Of a stretch of 64,000 bases of DNA, positions 32,005-41,870 are shown piece after piece. The stretch lies in NCBI RefSeq assembly GCF_009914755.1, contig NC_060926.1, one strand, 5' to 3'. How positions within the stretch are numbered: position 1 is the stretch's first letter; every line of letters starts with the position of its first letter. Source of the DNA: the human T2T-CHM13v2.0 reference genome, Homo sapiens. The position numbers were made by a program, and so were the translations under genes. The notes below the pieces were generated by a model. That model did no database searches. It was not told the origin of the DNA and worked only from the letters and a program-made list of their open reading frames with translations.

Positions 32005-32247
32005 AAAAGGGATTCTCAACTTTGAGCATTACTGACATTTTGGGCCAGATCATTTTGTTGTGGGGGCTGTCCTGTGTATTGTAGGATGTCTAGCAATATC
32101 CCTGGCCCCTCCCCACTAGATGCCACTAGCACCTTGTCTACTACTCCTCCCCGCGCCCCCTACTTCCTCAGTATGATGACCCCAAATGTTTCCAGACCTT
32201 ACCAAATGTTCCCTGTTGGGCCAGTTGCCCCCGGTTGATGACCATTG
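32005..32247 (+). mobile_element. MER20 (hAT-Charlie)
   Basis: ..ACTGACATTTTGGGCCAGAT..GGGGGCTGTCCTGTG.ATTGTAGGATG..CCACTAGATGCCA.. Confidence 0.88.
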
Positions 32248-34229
32248 TGTTTAAAGAATTCATTTCAACTATTTTATCGGCCCCTAAGGCACCAGCCTCC
32301 CTCTGAGGCTGTGTCCATGGGAATGCTATCTGTGGCTGCTTGCGGATCTCTCCAGCACTGACTGGCTAAGTCACACTGGCAGCCATGGGTGAGACTTCCT
32401 CAACGTGGGTGGAGCAAATTCCTACGATGCCAGGCTGCAAGGTTGCATTTCTGCATTTCTAGGTGTCGGGGATGCCTTGATTATTTTCCAAAGTAATCTA
32501 AATTTTGTCTCCAGGGATCCTTGCCCCTCCTAAATGGGTATTATCTGGGAATAAGACAGCTCAATTGTTTATGGAGCCTTTATTTAATATTTGACAATAT
32601 CTAGGAGAAAGTCACAAACACTTAGTTCAATTATTAAAATAAAGCCTGTAGGGTATCTCCCCAAAAGAGTATCCCAGAATCATTATTTTAATTTAAGCAT
32701 AATTATAAAAGGGGGCTGGGAAGCCTGCAGTAGGGGGAGATAAATTTTCAAGTGTCATTTTAGGAAAACAAAGGCTTTGCAAGAGAAAACATCCACTTTC
32801 CCCCCTAGTTGCAGGCTTAATGTTATTAATAAGTTAGATGTCAGATGTATGCTGTTATTGGCAGCATGCATACAATTTAAATATTTTAGCTTTCATTATA
32901 CAACTGAATCTACATGACTGAACTTCAAGGGCCCCATTCATAAGGGATGAGGAGAGGGAACAATCAGCTACTTCATGCAAGGGCTGGCCAGCAGACTGGG
33001 TTTCCCCACATTGTCAGACAAACCACGACACAGGGAAGGCTTTGGAGACGCTCTAACATGGCAGGGTTGGGACAGAGAATGATGGGGGTGGGGGGCACCC
33101 TTTTGGGGCAGGGAGAGAGCCAAGGCTTGTTTTTCTTTTGGAAAAAAAGCTATTCCATCTTTGTTCCAAGGGAGAATGAAATATCCATTAAGACTGGTGA
33201 CACTGGGAATTTTGTTTTGGCTCAGTTCCTTTTGTTGTGACTCCACGGTAAAGGAGAGGAATCTGGGGTAAGGAGGTTTCAAGCCAAGATGAGAAAGAAA
33301 AAGCATGCCTTCCAAGGATTTCTTCTATTGTCTCCCGGAGAATAAATATTTATAGAGAGGGTTCAAGTGAAGTCTGTCTCAATGGTTGTGGCTTTAAGAC
33401 TAAGCCTTTGAGAGAGTGCATGTAAAACTATGCTTAAATGAAGGGTGATCCAATTAGGCTTCTCAGGGAAAACCAAGAAACCTCAAGATAATTTCCTATC
33501 TGAAATCTAATTGTGTCCTCAAGTAGAATATGAATACCACTTTGAATTACCCCAGATCCATAGACGGCAGCAAAAATGTACAGCCAAATTGGATTCTATT
33601 TTAAGTAATTAAGTTATTTCCCTTCACAGGATCTATAATTTGCCTTGAACAAATGTGATTTGCCTCAGAAAGATAAGGCATTGCAATTTTTCCTCCAAAA
33701 TGGATTTTCTGTGCCAGAAACAATTACTAAAAGTAGACCAAATATTGTCGTAATTATATCCTACTTATTATCTGAGTGCATGCCTGGAGTGTACCCTGTT
33801 TGTGTTCCAATGTGAGGTAGGTATGGCTAGAGTTTAGAAATTATCTTTAAATAGAAACCAAAGCTGAAATTTACTCAAGAGCCTGGGGCTTGCACAATGG
33901 TCGTGTTAATAGCAACGGGTGGTTACATAAGTCTCCAAAATCTTGTGCAAAATGTGAGCAACAGGGAGCTTGCTTCAGTGGACCTTCCTTCTGACTCTAA
34001 CAAATATCAGTATTAACTTGTAGCTGCTTGGCTGAGTCCTTGAGGAGGTGCTAGGTGTTGCGATAGTTTAAGAATAAAAGTGTTGAGATTTGCATAGAAG
34101 ATATTACAAGAGGAGTATTTTGGTCATGGTTAATTTTATGAAGAAAACATTCACTTTTGGCTTTCTTTATTAGCAGTTCAGTTGACTTATGCCCAGGTGT
34201 TCTGAAGGGCAATAGTAGGTAAGAGTTAA

Positions 34230-34780
34230 GAGCAAGAGCTGGAACAATAAACAGAATTAGTTCTTGGCTTTGCCCCCTTGAAAGTGCAATGTATGGAAAG
34301 TCTCTGAATCTCAGTTCTCTTGTCTGTGAAAAGGGAGTGATGGTTATCTACACTGAGGATACTGGATGAGGAAAGCACACACCGTCTGGCATTGCACAGA
34401 CCTGGGTTTCACAAGTGGATGGTGGAGTAAAATCCAAACACGACTGCATACCTTTTCTTCTTTATACATGCTTATCCTCTGAAAGATGACCTTTCATACA
34501 AATAGGTGCTGGCTGGCCATTTCTAAACTTCCATTTGAATTTAAAGTGGTGAAGGCTTCAGATTCGTTAAGTCATGTTACCTGGTTTAAAATACAGGATT
34601 TGATACTTACTACATGCCTTTAACCAAGTTACTTAGGCTTTCTGTGCCTCCGTTTCCTCTTCTATAAAATGTAATTAGTAACAGAAGCAGAATCTATCAG
34701 AGTTGTGATAAGGGGTAAGTAAAATATTACAATGAAATACCTAGGATAGTGCTTTGCATACCATAAATGTATTACTTTTG
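34230..34780 (+). mobile_element. Two MIR fragments just downstream of the CXCR4 polyA site
   Basis: CTCTGAATCTCAGTTCTCTTGTCTGTGAAA and CTGTGCCTCCGTTTCCTCTTCTATAAAATG cores. Confidence 0.7.
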
Positions 34781-34827
34781 TCTTCTACTAGCCAAAAGAA
34801 TGTCAACAGAAATCAGAACATAACACT

Positions 34828-35350
34828 AAGTAAGTTTAACATGTACTTTTATTAACAACTTAATACAAGACTGTACACTGTAGGTGCTGAAATCAACCCA
34901 CTCCTGAAAACTGAAAAACCAGCATTTCTATACCACTTTGGGCTTTGGTTATAAGTGCCATCTTCTACAGCAAAATCACGTCTTAAGAACAGGAAAAACG
35001 TTCCACGGGAATGGAGAGATTATCTATGCATAAACAGCTGGGGATCATTTCTAGCTTTACGTGATTCACTACACGCTCTGGAATGTTCAGTTCCCTTTTC
35101 TACAGTCCTACCACGAGACATACAGCAACTAAGAACTTGGCCACAGGTCCTGCCTAGACACACATCAATATGAAACAAAAAAAATTTATATAAATAAGTC
35201 AATTAAACTTCACAAAAACTAAAGAAACACAAGACAAAAATCCAACAAGCAATAAAAACTGTACAATATTGGTCAGTCTTTTATATCTGAAAAATGTGTA
35301 ACTTAAAAAAAAGTTATTTATCGTATAAAAAAAAGTCTTTTACATCTGTG
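34828..35350 (-). other. CXCR4: CXCR4 3'UTR, AU/U-rich
   Basis: Between stop codon and polyA signal; U-tracts and TTATTTAT motif on the minus strand near 35190. 3' end approximate. Confidence 0.85.
34848..34853 (-). terminator. CXCR4 polyadenylation signal AATAAA
   Basis: AATAAA on the minus strand with upstream TGTA elements and a downstream GU/U-rich tract (GTGTTATGTTCTGATTTCTGTT). Confidence 0.9.
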
Positions 35351-36394
35351 TTAGCTGGAGTGAAAACTTGAAGACTCAGACTCAGTGGAAACAGATGAAT
35401 GTCCACCTCGCTTTCCTTTGGAGAGGATCTTGAGGCTGGACCCTCTGCTCACAGAGGTGAGTGCGTGCTGGGCAGAGGTTTTAAATTTGGCTCCAAGGAA
35501 AGCATAGAGGATGGGGTTCAGACAACAGTGGAAGAAAGCTAGGGCCTCGGTGATGGAAATCCACTTGTGCACAGTGTTCTCAAACTCACACCCTTGCTTG
35601 ATGATTTCCAGGAGGATGAAGGAGTCGATGCTGATCCCAATGTAGTAAGGCAGCCAACAGGCGAAGAAAGCCAGGATGAGGATGACTGTGGTCTTGAGGG
35701 CCTTGCGCTTCTGGTGGCCCTTGGAGTGTGACAGCTTGGAGATGATAATGCAATAGCAGGACAGGATGACAATACCAGGCAGGATAAGGCCAACCATGAT
35801 GTGCTGAAACTGGAACACAACCACCCACAAGTCATTGGGGTAGAAGCGGTCACAGATATATCTGTCATCTGCCTCACTGACGTTGGCAAAGATGAAGTCG
35901 GGAATAGTCAGCAGGAGGGCAGGGATCCAGACGCCAACATAGACCACCTTTTCAGCCAACAGCTTCCTTGGCCTCTGACTGTTGGTGGCGTGGACGATGG
36001 CCAGGTAGCGGTCCAGACTGATGAAGGCCAGGATGAGGACACTGCTGTAGAGGTTGACTGTGTAGATGACATGGACTGCCTTGCATAGGAAGTTCCCAAA
36101 GTACCAGTTTGCCACGGCATCAACTGCCCAGAAGGGAAGCGTGATGACAAAGAGGAGGTCGGCCACTGACAGGTGCAGCCTGTACTTGTCCGTCATGCTT
36201 CTCAGTTTCTTCTGGTAACCCATGACCAGGATGACCAATCCATTGCCCACAATGCCAGTTAAGAAGATGATGGAGTAGATGGTGGGCAGGAAGATTTTAT
36301 TGAAATTAGCATTTTCTTCACGGAAACAGGGTTCCTTCATGGAGTCATAGTCCCCTGAGCCCATTTCCTCGGTGTAGTTATCTGAAGTGTATAT
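35351..36394 (-). CDS. CXCR4: CXCR4 coding exon 2 (residues I6-S352 of the canonical 352-aa spliced isoform)
   Basis: Translation is the CXCR4 7TM receptor: sulfotyrosine N-terminus, DRY, CWLPY, NPILY, Ser-rich tail ending SSFHSS. Acceptor ttttgCAG|ATA at 36397-36395; TAA stop at 35353-35351. Confidence 0.99.
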   Translation of the reverse strand: MYTSDNYTEEMGSGDYDSMKEPCFREENANFNKIFLPTIYSIIFLTGIVGNGLVILVMGYQKKLRSMTDKYRLHLSVADLLFVITLPFWAVDAVANWYFGNFLCKAVHVIYTVNLYSSVLILAFISLDRYLAIVHATNSQRPRKLLAEKVVYVGVWIPALLLTIPDFIFANVSEADDRYICDRFYPNDLWVVVFQFQHIMVGLILPGIVILSCYCIIISKLSHSKGHQKRKALKTTVILILAFFACWLPYYIGISIDSFILLEIIKQGCEFENTVHKWISITEALAFFHCCLNPILYAFLGAKFKTSAQHALTSVSRGSSLKILSKGKRGGHSSVSTESESSSFHSS

Positions 36395-36421
36395 CTGCAA
36401 AAGAGGCAAAGGAATGGACAT
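35351..36421 (-). CDS. CXCR4: CXCR4 unspliced 356-aa isoform (N-terminus MSIPLPLLQ encoded by the intron end)
   Basis: In-frame ATG at 36421 reads through the polypyrimidine tract and acceptor into exon 2; matches the known long unspliced isoform. Confidence 0.9.
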   Translation of the reverse strand: MSIPLPLLQIYTSDNYTEEMGSGDYDSMKEPCFREENANFNKIFLPTIYSIIFLTGIVGNGLVILVMGYQKKLRSMTDKYRLHLSVADLLFVITLPFWAVDAVANWYFGNFLCKAVHVIYTVNLYSSVLILAFISLDRYLAIVHATNSQRPRKLLAEKVVYVGVWIPALLLTIPDFIFANVSEADDRYICDRFYPNDLWVVVFQFQHIMVGLILPGIVILSCYCIIISKLSHSKGHQKRKALKTTVILILAFFACWLPYYIGISIDSFILLEIIKQGCEFENTVHKWISITEALAFFHCCLNPILYAFLGAKFKTSAQHALTSVSRGSSLKILSKGKRGGHSSVSTESESSSFHSS

Positions 36422-36957
36422 TCACTTCCAATTCAGCAAGCATTAACCCAGTTAAAAAAAATTTTTAAAGCAATTTAAAAAACCAATTCAGGCTTGCTTT
36501 CTTCAGGAAATTCTGAAGTAGTGGGCTAAGGGCACAAGAGAATTAATGTAGAATCCTACAACTCTCCTCCCCATCTTTTCCCATAGTGACTTCATTATAT
36601 CCTTCTTTGGTAGAACCAATTACAAAATTCTTTGTTTAGAACAAAAGGGCACTGAGACGCTGAGGGTTTCAAAGTCACATCTTGGCTAACTCCTCTGCCC
36701 CGCCCACTAGAGGGAAGAAAAAAAACCTTCCTTAGGAGGAAAAAAAAAATACACACAAAGAGGCCACTCCCAGGCGGCGTGGGGGGTGGGGTGGGTGCTG
36801 CTAGGAGGGGCAGTGATTAACTTTTTGTAAGAAGTTTTTCGCCCAGGGAGGGAAGAGGGGAGAAGGGAGGATCACGGGGGGAGGGCGGGGGCGTTGCAAA
36901 GACTCATTCTCCTAAAGCGCAAAAACTTAATTTTCCCACGCCTGCCTAAATACAAAC

Positions 36958-37170
36958 CATTCTGGGCTTCAAGCAACTTGTAGTGGGTAAAGAGAATGCG
37001 GTCTTAAAACGAAGGCCCTTCGGTGCTTGGGGTATATTGGGCGGGAGTGTCAGAAAATGAACAAACGGCACCTCCTCCCCCAAGCGGGCGCTCCTCCGGT
37101 GTGTGGGTCTCTTGCCATCCTCGTGTTTATCACTTGGCGCGTTTGGGACGTTAGGGAGCGGGGCATTTTC
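36958..37170 (-). CDS. CXCR4: Probable alternative in-frame cassette exon of CXCR4 (213 nt, or 99 nt using the donor at 37071)
   Basis: Acceptor ccttctccaccCAG|GAA at 37173-37171; open frame ENAPLPNV...LKPRM; donors GAG|GTGCCG (37071) and ATG|GTTTGT (36957), both phase 0, giving 385 and 423 aa. Donors are weak. Confidence 0.65.
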
Positions 37171-38208
37171 CTGGGTGGAGAAGGTAACGGGGTCTGCACC
37201 CGTGGTCCTCGCCCCAAGTTTCATTTCCTCACTCTCCCGGGTGGCTTCCCATTACCCCGCCACTGATCCAGTTAACCCGGCCGGAGGTGGGCAGCTGGAA
37301 GCCTCCAGGCGGTGGGCACGCGGGGGGCCGGGTCGTCCAGCCCCGGGCCGCCGCGGCTGCCCACTACACCCACGCCAACCGCCCGCAAGCAGCGCTGCAG
37401 GGGCTCCGCTGGGCGACACGCCAGGCTCTGTCCCACAGGGTGCTGGGGAGCGACTGGGCGGCTCCGCCGCGAGCGTCTTTGAATTGCGCGCCGCTGCAGG
37501 AAACCAAAAACTCCCTAGCAAGAGGGTTTCAAAAGGTTTCTGGAAACCACCGACGGTTAAACATCACAACTGGACTCGGAGAGAGCCAAACGGTTTCCCC
37601 ACTTGCACCTGCCAGTCTTCGCGGCGGCGACCTGGCAGCCCAGGTGCGGTCTTAACCGCCCCCGCCCCTCACCCCGTACCCGCTCCTATCCCCGGAGCGC
37701 AAATCTCAGGGCTGGCAGCTGCGCGGTGTCAAAGGGGAGGTCAAACCACTCCGCTGACCTCTGCACGACCCCAAACTCTCGAACTGCAGGACCCACTCGC
37801 GGCCGTGGGGAAGAGGCGCGCTTCGGACGGCGGGAAGGTTTCCCCCTCAAACCCAAAGCGCGCGGGCGGATCAACTCCTAGCTGCTGCCACCACTCGATC
37901 CCCTCAGAGGATCGGCGCGGTGGGTCCACCCGCCTCTCCCGCCCTCTGCCTACTGTGCTGGGAGACTGGCACAGCTCCGTCGGCCGCACAGAGTTTAACA
38001 AACACGCACCCAGTGTCAAGAACAGTCACCAGGCGCTTAACCCCGAAGTTAAAGCGGGCGCAATCTCCTCCTGGGAACTCAGCCCAGGCACGCCGCCCTC
38101 CGCCTCTAAATTCAGACAATGTAACTCGCTCCAAGACATCCCCGCTTCCCCAAGGAAGAGACCGGTGGTCTGAGTCCCGAGGCAGCGCGCACGCCTTCTC
38201 TGCACTTG

Positions 38209-38223
38209 TGCACAGAATGTTCT
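38209..38223 (-). promoter_or_regulatory. Glucocorticoid/steroid response element in intron 1
   Basis: AGAACAttcTGTGCA matches GnACAnnnTGTnC with one perfect AGAACA half-site. Confidence 0.65.
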
Positions 38224-38526
38224 TACGTTTGCAAACAGCGTGCAAGCCGCCGCGCGCGGCGGGACTCAAGGGGGAGACACATGCAGCCACTGGAACGCTC
38301 TTTCCAGTCGTTTCTCCTCGACTCACAGAGAAAAAGATTCCAATCCTGCTCCCCCCCCACCCACCCGCACTATATAGGCATGGTCAAGAAAACTCCTTTC
38401 GGTGACCCTTTTTTGGAGTACGGGTACCTCCAATGTCCTGGCCGCTTCTGCCCGCTCGGAGAGGGGCTGCGCTCTAAGTTCAAACGTTTGTACATTTATG
38501 ACAAAGCAGGTTGAAACTGGACTTAC

Positions 38527-38541
38527 ACTGATCCCCTCCAT
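38527..38541 (-). CDS. CXCR4: CXCR4 coding part of exon 1 (MEGIS)
   Basis: Strong Kozak ttaccATGG, then ATG GAG GGG ATC AGT and consensus donor GTAAGT (38526-38521). Phase-0 join to exon 2 gives MEGISIYTSDNY. Intron 36395-38526 = 2132 bp. Confidence 0.98.
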
Positions 38542-38636
38542 GGTAACCGCTGGTTCTCCAGATGCGGTGGCTACTGGAGCACTCAGGCCCTCGGCGTCAC
38601 TTTGCTACCTGCTGCCGCAGCCAACAAACTGAAGTT
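38542..38636 (-). other. CXCR4: CXCR4 5'UTR (exon 1), TSS approximately 38636
   Basis: ATG-free leader just downstream of the TATA box; begins AACTTCAGTTTGTTGG as in the recalled mRNA 5' end. Exact TSS approximate. Confidence 0.75.
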
Positions 38637-38653
38637 TCTGGCCGCGGCCGGAC

Positions 38654-38765
38654 TTTTATAAAAACACGCTCCGAGCGCGGCGCATGCGCCGCTGGGGCGG
38701 GGAGGGAGAAGGCGGGGTGGGGGAGAGGGGCAGACGCGAGGAAGGAGGGCGCAGGGGCGGGGCGG
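38654..38765 (-). promoter_or_regulatory. CXCR4 core promoter: TATA box, NRF1 site, Sp/KLF GC boxes
   Basis: TATAAAA at 38660-38654; perfect NRF1 palindrome GCGCATGCGC at 38680-38689; GGGGCGGGG boxes near 38694 and 38754. NRF1 is an established CXCR4 promoter regulator. Confidence 0.9.
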
Positions 38766-39469
38766 AGAGGTGCGCGGCTTGGGAAGCCCAGGGGACCCTG
38801 CTGTTTGCGGGTGGTCGGTAGTGAGTCCGGAGCCGGACAGGACCTCCCAGAGGCATTTCCTAAGTTTGAGGGAAGCGGGATGCGCCTGAAGACAGGTGGG
38901 AAGCGCGGGCTAGGAACGCGTCTCTCTGTGGCGCGTCCATCCTTGCTAAAGTGGATGGAATTCCAGACCTGGGAATGCTACAGTAGAGACACTGAGGCCC
39001 AGGGAAGGGGAGTGACTTGCTGGAGTAACCCAACCAGTAGGCGGCAATGCTGGAAGTAGGGCCAAGCTTCCAACGCCATTCCCCGCGCTTTCAGCAGACG
39101 CAGCCCATTCAGGAGGTAAAAGGAGTAAAGATCCTTCCTTCGGAGGATGTAGCTATACTTGCACATTCACAGCATCACTAGGGTCAGGTGCAGATAATTA
39201 GGAGATACTTTCAGAAGAAGGTAGGATTTGGCATAATTCTGGAGACTGATCAGATGTAGATATGTATTGCTCAGTAATTTCATAATAGCGGTAACCAATT
39301 CGCGAATAGTGCTTTATTATCCTAAAAGTATGCTTTATTATAAGAGTAATTTAGCGACCAGTACTTTTTGTAACAGATCACTAGGAACTTGCACAGAATC
39401 ACTCATTCATTCTCACAACACCGTGTGGGTATTACCATCACAGAGATGCATTTAGTCCGATATTTATAG

Positions 39470-39990
39470 AAGGACGAACTGCGTGCCACGCACTGTTCTA
39501 GGCGTTGGGGATCCAGCGTGAACCAGACAAGGCCCGCATTCGGAGAAACCAGCAAATAAGCCCGGAGAGATGAAATGCCAGGGATGGGCAGGGATTCCAA
39601 GCCGGGCTTGAACCCAGGTCTTCGGTCCCCATACTCGGCGTCTTCCACGATTTTGAGCAGAGGACAAGCTTTGGCACGAATCAGAAATTAGGTTGAAGAA
39701 CTGGGCGGGGCGGAGTGGGGGTGGGGGTCAGACGTTTAAAGCGATCTCAGACTGGCTGAGGTTTGCAGTGGGCGCGCAGACAGTGCTTTCCCCCTCGCGC
39801 CACTTCCCTCCGGCGCGGAGACTGGGTGGGGCGGGGGAGCGAGTGTGGGGCGGGGCCGAGAAACTGCGTCCGCAGGCGGGGTGGCCGCTGCGGAGATAGC
39901 TGGGACCGAGGCGCGTGCGTCGCGACACGGACCCCAGAGGCCCCCACCCCGAAATGGTCCCGAGGAGAGGGATTGCCCAGACTGCACTCT
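39470..39990. promoter_or_regulatory. Upstream CpG-rich block with GC boxes and candidate hypoxia response element (GCGTG 39913-39917, about -1.3 kb)
   Basis: CpG-dense with GGGCGGGG boxes; RCGTG core at a distance consistent with the reported HIF-responsive CXCR4 element (recalled, not verified). Confidence 0.55.
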
Positions 39991-40292
39991 ACACACGATC
40001 CCTCTTTTCTATATCAAAAGAGGAAACATTTCAGTCTGGAGTGTTCCAGAGGTAGTTCGGAGGCAGGGAACCTTTTCTCTACAGAGCATGACTTTCCCCC
40101 TTTGTCTGGGACCCCTCCCTAATGTTGGTGGTTAAAGGTTCTCATCTACTCTGCACTTTCACTGACACAGGAAAGATGATATCCGGGCCGGGAGATGGGA
40201 CTCTCAGAAACGAACGAGTTAGGACACACACTAATGGCCAGATAAAATCAATTCTAATATTACATTTGTAGAATTAAAAAAAAAAAAAGAAA

Positions 40293-40425
40293 CTCCAGGT
40301 TCTTGGAGGGTGGTGGCTGGAAGAGGTTTCGGAAGCTCCACGCCCCTTCTCACAGGCCTTGCATTACGTATCTCTTCATCTGTATCCTTTATAATATCCT
40401 TTATAATAAACGATAACGGTAAGAA
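40293..40425 (+). mobile_element. MER21-like LTR fragment
   Basis: GGAGGGTGG..GGAAGCTCCACGCCCCTTC..ATCTCTTCATCTGTATCCTTT..ATAATAAA matches recalled MER21. Confidence 0.65.
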
Positions 40426-40829
40426 ATAAAAATGAAAATAAAACCGTAAAAACACTTTTACTTTTTTCGAATCTTTAATAAAACTTAAGGATCTTCATAT
40501 TTTTATAGACACGGTAGATCCTATCTACTGAAGGTCTAGAATTTCAGAGCGTTTTCATGACTTGCTTTTCACAAAGCCTGGTAGTGGCAGAATCAGTATG
40601 TTTTATCCTGGACCGTAAGCTGCACCCTACCTCAAAACTCCTCCCTGCACGATGTCTAAAACCTGAAAGGTGAGATCTCCCAAATCTGTCCAAAAAGGGA
40701 AAGAGGAGAAAACTCGGAGCAAAATGGTTTGCATAATAAATATTTGTTGATTGTAGACAGACAAAAGAAAGCTCCTTCCTTTATCTGAAGACTCCTTTCA
40801 GATCTTTTTAGGGATCTCTACTAAAAGGA

Positions 40830-41450
40830 AGCAGATAATTAAAAGAACAATGAGATGCTATTTGGTGACTACCAAATTAGGCAAAAATCCATTTTTTTTC
40901 AAAGATAATATTTGGTCTCCGGATTTGAAAAGACCAGCTGTCTCTCGCTTGTCACTGATGGGAATGTGGCTTGGGACAGCCTCACTGGAAAGCATTTTCT
41001 ATTCAGCAGGAACTTCAGAACAGTAACTCCACTCATAAAAACTTATGCCACAAAGGTATTTGTGGAAACATTTTTTTTTAAATAGTGAAATGTCTGAACA
41101 TCCCTAAATAACCACTGTTAGTGGAATAGTTGACAAGATTTTGGTTCATCCACATCTGAAATTCCATATGGACATCGCGAATGTTATTTGTGAAGAATTT
41201 TTAGTGACATGGGGAAATACTTATGAAACATTAAGTGCAAAAGGCAGGATTCAGAATTGTGTATATAGTGTGATCTCAGTTATGTTAAAATATGCATTTG
41301 GAAAATATAGGGAGGAAAACCAAAATGTTTATAGGCGTTTTCCTTGGTGCAGAATTATATTTGATTTTTGCTTTCTTCCTGGGGTTTTTCTATGCTTTCC
41401 AGATTTTCTGTAATAGACATGAATCATTTTCATATTCATAAAAAAGCCAA
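40830..41450 (+). mobile_element. Old L1ME-like fragment
   Basis: ..AATTAAAAGAACAATGAGATGC..CTGATGGGAATGT..CTGGAAAGCA..TTAAGTGCAAAAGGCAGG.. Confidence 0.7.
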
Positions 41451-41669
41451 CAAATTGTATGACAAAAAGGGAATCAGAAGGCCTCCTTCATGTATGTTTC
41501 CACTTCTAAAGTATCTACTAAGATGTCAGACTTTTTTCACAATAGTCCTTTCCCCTTTCAAGGAAGGCTTGTTTTCCAATGGGCTAATCTTAAACTTCTA
41601 TTTCCACTGGGCTACCTAAACCTTATTCTCAACTATTCTATGATGTTCTTTAAAAAACAAACAAAACTC

Positions 41670-41870
41670 AAGCATTTACTGAGCGCTTGTTATGTGCAAC
41701 TGACCTCATATAATCCCCTCAATAACTCTACAAGGCAGGTGCCATTACTTTTATTACATGGTAAAGAAATTAGGGTCTGGAAAGATGAGGAACTGGCCTG
41801 TGACCCCGGAATGAGGATCTGCACCCAGTCTGTCTGGCTCTGAAGCCCAGGTCATTTGGCATTTACGTAC
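41670..41870 (-). mobile_element. MIR
   Basis: CATTTACTGAGCGCTT..TAATCCCCTCAATAACTCTACAAGG..CCCAGTCTGTCTGGCTC. Confidence 0.7.

Larger units (their letters stand above)
37010..39000. promoter_or_regulatory. CpG island over promoter, exon 1 and most of intron 1
   Basis: Visibly GC-rich and CpG-dense (many CGCG/GCGC) against CpG-depleted flanks; boundaries approximate. Confidence 0.9.

Noticed and set aside
35539-36150. Alternative-frame and antisense ORFs overlapping CXCR4
   Set aside because: Expected by-products of codon bias in a GC3-rich CDS; no independent support.
36704-36717. CTCF-like CCACTAGAGGGAAG in the intron
   Set aside because: Lacks the 3' GGC(A/G) part of the motif; too weak to call.
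37103-38173. 356-aa antisense ORF in the intron
   Set aside because: GTG start, Pro/Arg/Ala/Gly-rich, no recognisable domain; long open frames are expected in a CpG island. The equal length to the CXCR4 isoform is coincidence.
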